Assembly (NCBI RefSeq): GCF_037042905.1
Contig: NC_087251.1
Location: forward strand, 4,340,001 to 4,404,000
Length of the DNA stretch: 64,000 bases
Origin: Lytechinus pictus
Lineage: Eukaryota
Reading direction: 5' to 3'
Within the stretch, counting starts at the first letter, position 1; the number at the start of each line of letters is the position of its first letter. The position numbers and the translations under genes were made by a program. Under the pieces are notes generated by a model that was given only the letters and a program-made list of their open reading frames with translations, was not told the origin of the DNA and did no database searches. This document shows, in pieces, positions 61,466 to 64,000 of this stretch.

Positions 61466-63868
61466 AATTGTTCCGATTAGCACTTTTATTGAAAAGTCAT
61501 AATGAATGATTGGGTATTTATTTATTCACTTTTTGATTTTTATGTACATTTCTTTTATCAAACAATAACAAATTAGTTCATGATATTCAACTCCGCTGTT
61601 ATCTAGCATTATTTTGACGTTAAAGGGGAAATGTAATTTCTCAATCTTCTTTTCTGTTAACAAATTCTCGAAAGGGGAGTTTTCTGATTTTGTGTTTTCG
61701 TTATTCCAAAAACTGCAATATTAAATTTTTGTTTGTAAAATATATACTCTTACTCTCACCCACACACCGGTATACGCACAAAATTCATGGTAAAAGAAAG
61801 TAAAAACCCAGAAGAAATACATAGGCACACGTCTTCTGAAGATTAAAAAATGAATAGATGGAAGGATAGAAATAAATTAAAAGGAAAATAGGGTGAGGAA
61901 CCGACGAACATGCAGAGAGAGAGAGGGAGAAAGACATAATAGGTCAAAATTATCTTCAATCATTTCTCAGGTAAATTTGGACGTACAGTTTGGTTGATGT
62001 GTGTCATATACCCTTGAGTTAGCAATAAAAATAAGTTTATCACATGATGGGAATTATTTTGAGAGGTTTTTTTATTATTATTATCGCATCTGCTTCTCTG
62101 ATGATGATTTTCTTTGTCCGTCAATGAAGTCATCTCCAATTTTAATTACAACGTCGCGACCGCACTTCAGCTCGAAAATGACTATTTTAACCGAAAAATA
62201 TATGGTATCCTGTAATATATTAATCATCATAGACTTTGTATAGAAATAATCATATGTGTGGTGTGGGGAAAATGAAACATTGTGAGATCATTGTGTTTTC
62301 ATCAAGATTATTCTTCGAGACATGGAATGTGTTTTATCTACTTATTTCCGCTGACAAAAAAGGTCAAATCAGTCACACTATTTCTTTCTTTAGGTAATAT
62401 CAACATACCGGTAGTCGTCTAGTGAGTGGTTACTATGGTAACCTAAGATATTAGCACATTTGCAGTGATATTGGGGATCAGTATTATTCGTCTTGGTGTG
62501 TGGATATTTTCAAATGGCAGTCCAAGAGGACCATCTAAATTGATTTTCGATTGCGTTGCAGAAAGTAAGTTGAGATTGTATAGTTTCATTCAAAGTAAAA
62601 ACAGAGTGTGTGATATGATCTCCTTTCCTATTACTCACATTCTCTTTCATGCATTCCAATTCTGAAGTTTCCTACTGGTTGGACATATTCATTGGCGATG
62701 ATCCATTCATAATTGCAATGCAATTATAAAATAGTTGTTTGTTATGTAAACTTTCAATAACTCTTGTATAGAAATCAAAGCTAATTAGGTTTATATAGCA
62801 AGGTGTCAGGTACACCTATTTCCATCGCATTAAAATAATTATGTAACAAATTATTCCTTCTGTCTAGTGCTTGAAATATTATTTTCGTTGGATAGAAAAG
62901 CAATAATGACAGATCAGGCAAAGAGATGTTGTGATTGTATTGCGTAAGATAAAGGAAAATGGGTCATAGTAGATATAAGAATAGATAGCGAGAGAGAGAG
63001 AGAGGGAGAGAGAGAAAGGTGGAGGGGTAGATTGTGAATTCACAGGAAAATAAAGGTAAAAGGGATGGATTAGAAGTAAGATTAGGGATCGTCTCAAGTG
63101 TTGACAAGGGAGTCCAGGGTATTAAGTGCTGCAGGACACGAGACAGATCCAAATTGAATAAATGATATTAGTCCCTTATTGCAAGCTCAGGTTGACAACA
63201 ATTATCAGCGATCAGGAAATGAAGTAAAGTAGCTCACTATCCAACACTTGTCAAGGGAAATGCAACACCCTGGCCTATACCAGCCCGAGGGTAGCTACAA
63301 GTATTTGACGACTTGGGGCTCTATTGCCGCTAATAGATCCTACCTTGCATCCAGTGCTTTTGACCTTTTTATTCTCACAATATTTTCAATCGACACTTTA
63401 TTTTGCCCTGCCGATGTGGGGAAAGGAAATGCTTTAATTTTTTTTCTTTTCTTTAAAGGATTTCATTCCTACTTAGTTACTAAATCCCGCGACTAAATCA
63501 TCCTCTGTATGCATAGAGGGCATCCCCTTAGCAATGACCTGCTAAGTGTTTTAACGATCAACAACGTCTATGGAAGGATGGGGAATTCTTATAATCTGTT
63601 TGGTTATTGGACATTTTGGAACTACTGCCAATCCTGTAGTCATAAGGGAATTTGAAGCGGCAGGCTCTTGGGATATTGACGTGGTTTCGATGATTTAGTT
63701 TTGTGGGTGTGAATCAGATGTAAAATTTTGCTTTTTTTACAAACAAAAAGCATAGCTTCTAATATAAATGCATCACACAAAGAATAGATGAATTCTTGTA
63801 AGCGATGTTTTGCAAACATCTTTCAATGGTTTATCACACAACAATGTGCCGAAGAGTGACTATCATTT

Positions 63869-64000
63869 CAGGGCCCCGTCTTACAAAGAGTTTGAGCCAA
63901 TCAATCGTATCTCTATGAAAATCCAGCCGTGTCATAATTTTTTTTCTACATGAAATTTGCAAAATATCCGTTGTAAACAAAGGGGAACACACCAAATCGT
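63869..64000. mobile_element. Left end of a Harbinger-like MITE, running off the window
   Basis: CAGGGCCCCGTCTTACAAAGAGTT resembles the end at 32533. Confidence 0.5.

Noticed and set aside
54000-64000. A second gene downstream
   Set aside because: No exon chain or recognisable peptide was found on either strand apart from the LINE fragment. Small or non-coding exons could have been missed.

Overview
This is AT-rich animal genomic DNA, probably from an invertebrate deuterostome such as a sea urchin, judged from the SINE and MITE types and the CpG pattern; the species is not proven. It is not a prokaryotic locus. One + strand gene dominates: a PLEKHH1/PLEKHH2 (MAX-1) orthologue with coiled coil, disordered linker, PH-PH, MyTH4 and FERM regions. 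I traced 25 GT-AG exons from 947 to the stop at 47902. Their phases join into one frame of 4749 nt (1582 aa plus stop). The first coding exon lies upstream of the window, and a 3' UTR of about 5.5 kb probably ends near 53460. Introns, UTR and the gene-free 54-64 kb region hold about 13 non-autonomous DNA transposons, two tRNA-derived SINEs and a CR1/L2 3' fragment. The most unusual observations are: (1) a 1.8 kb foldback element in intron 3 with ~770 bp arms carrying eight RFX X-box palindromes; (2) two stop-interrupted copies of the protein C-terminus just past the stop codon, still in frame; (3) a duplicated splice acceptor that would truncate the protein before the PH domains; (4) candidate internal promoters and a recursive splice site in the 16 kb intron; (5) a DDVF plus RxRxxS (RSK-type) motif pair. 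I found no novel multi-gene system. Everything was read by eye with no database search.
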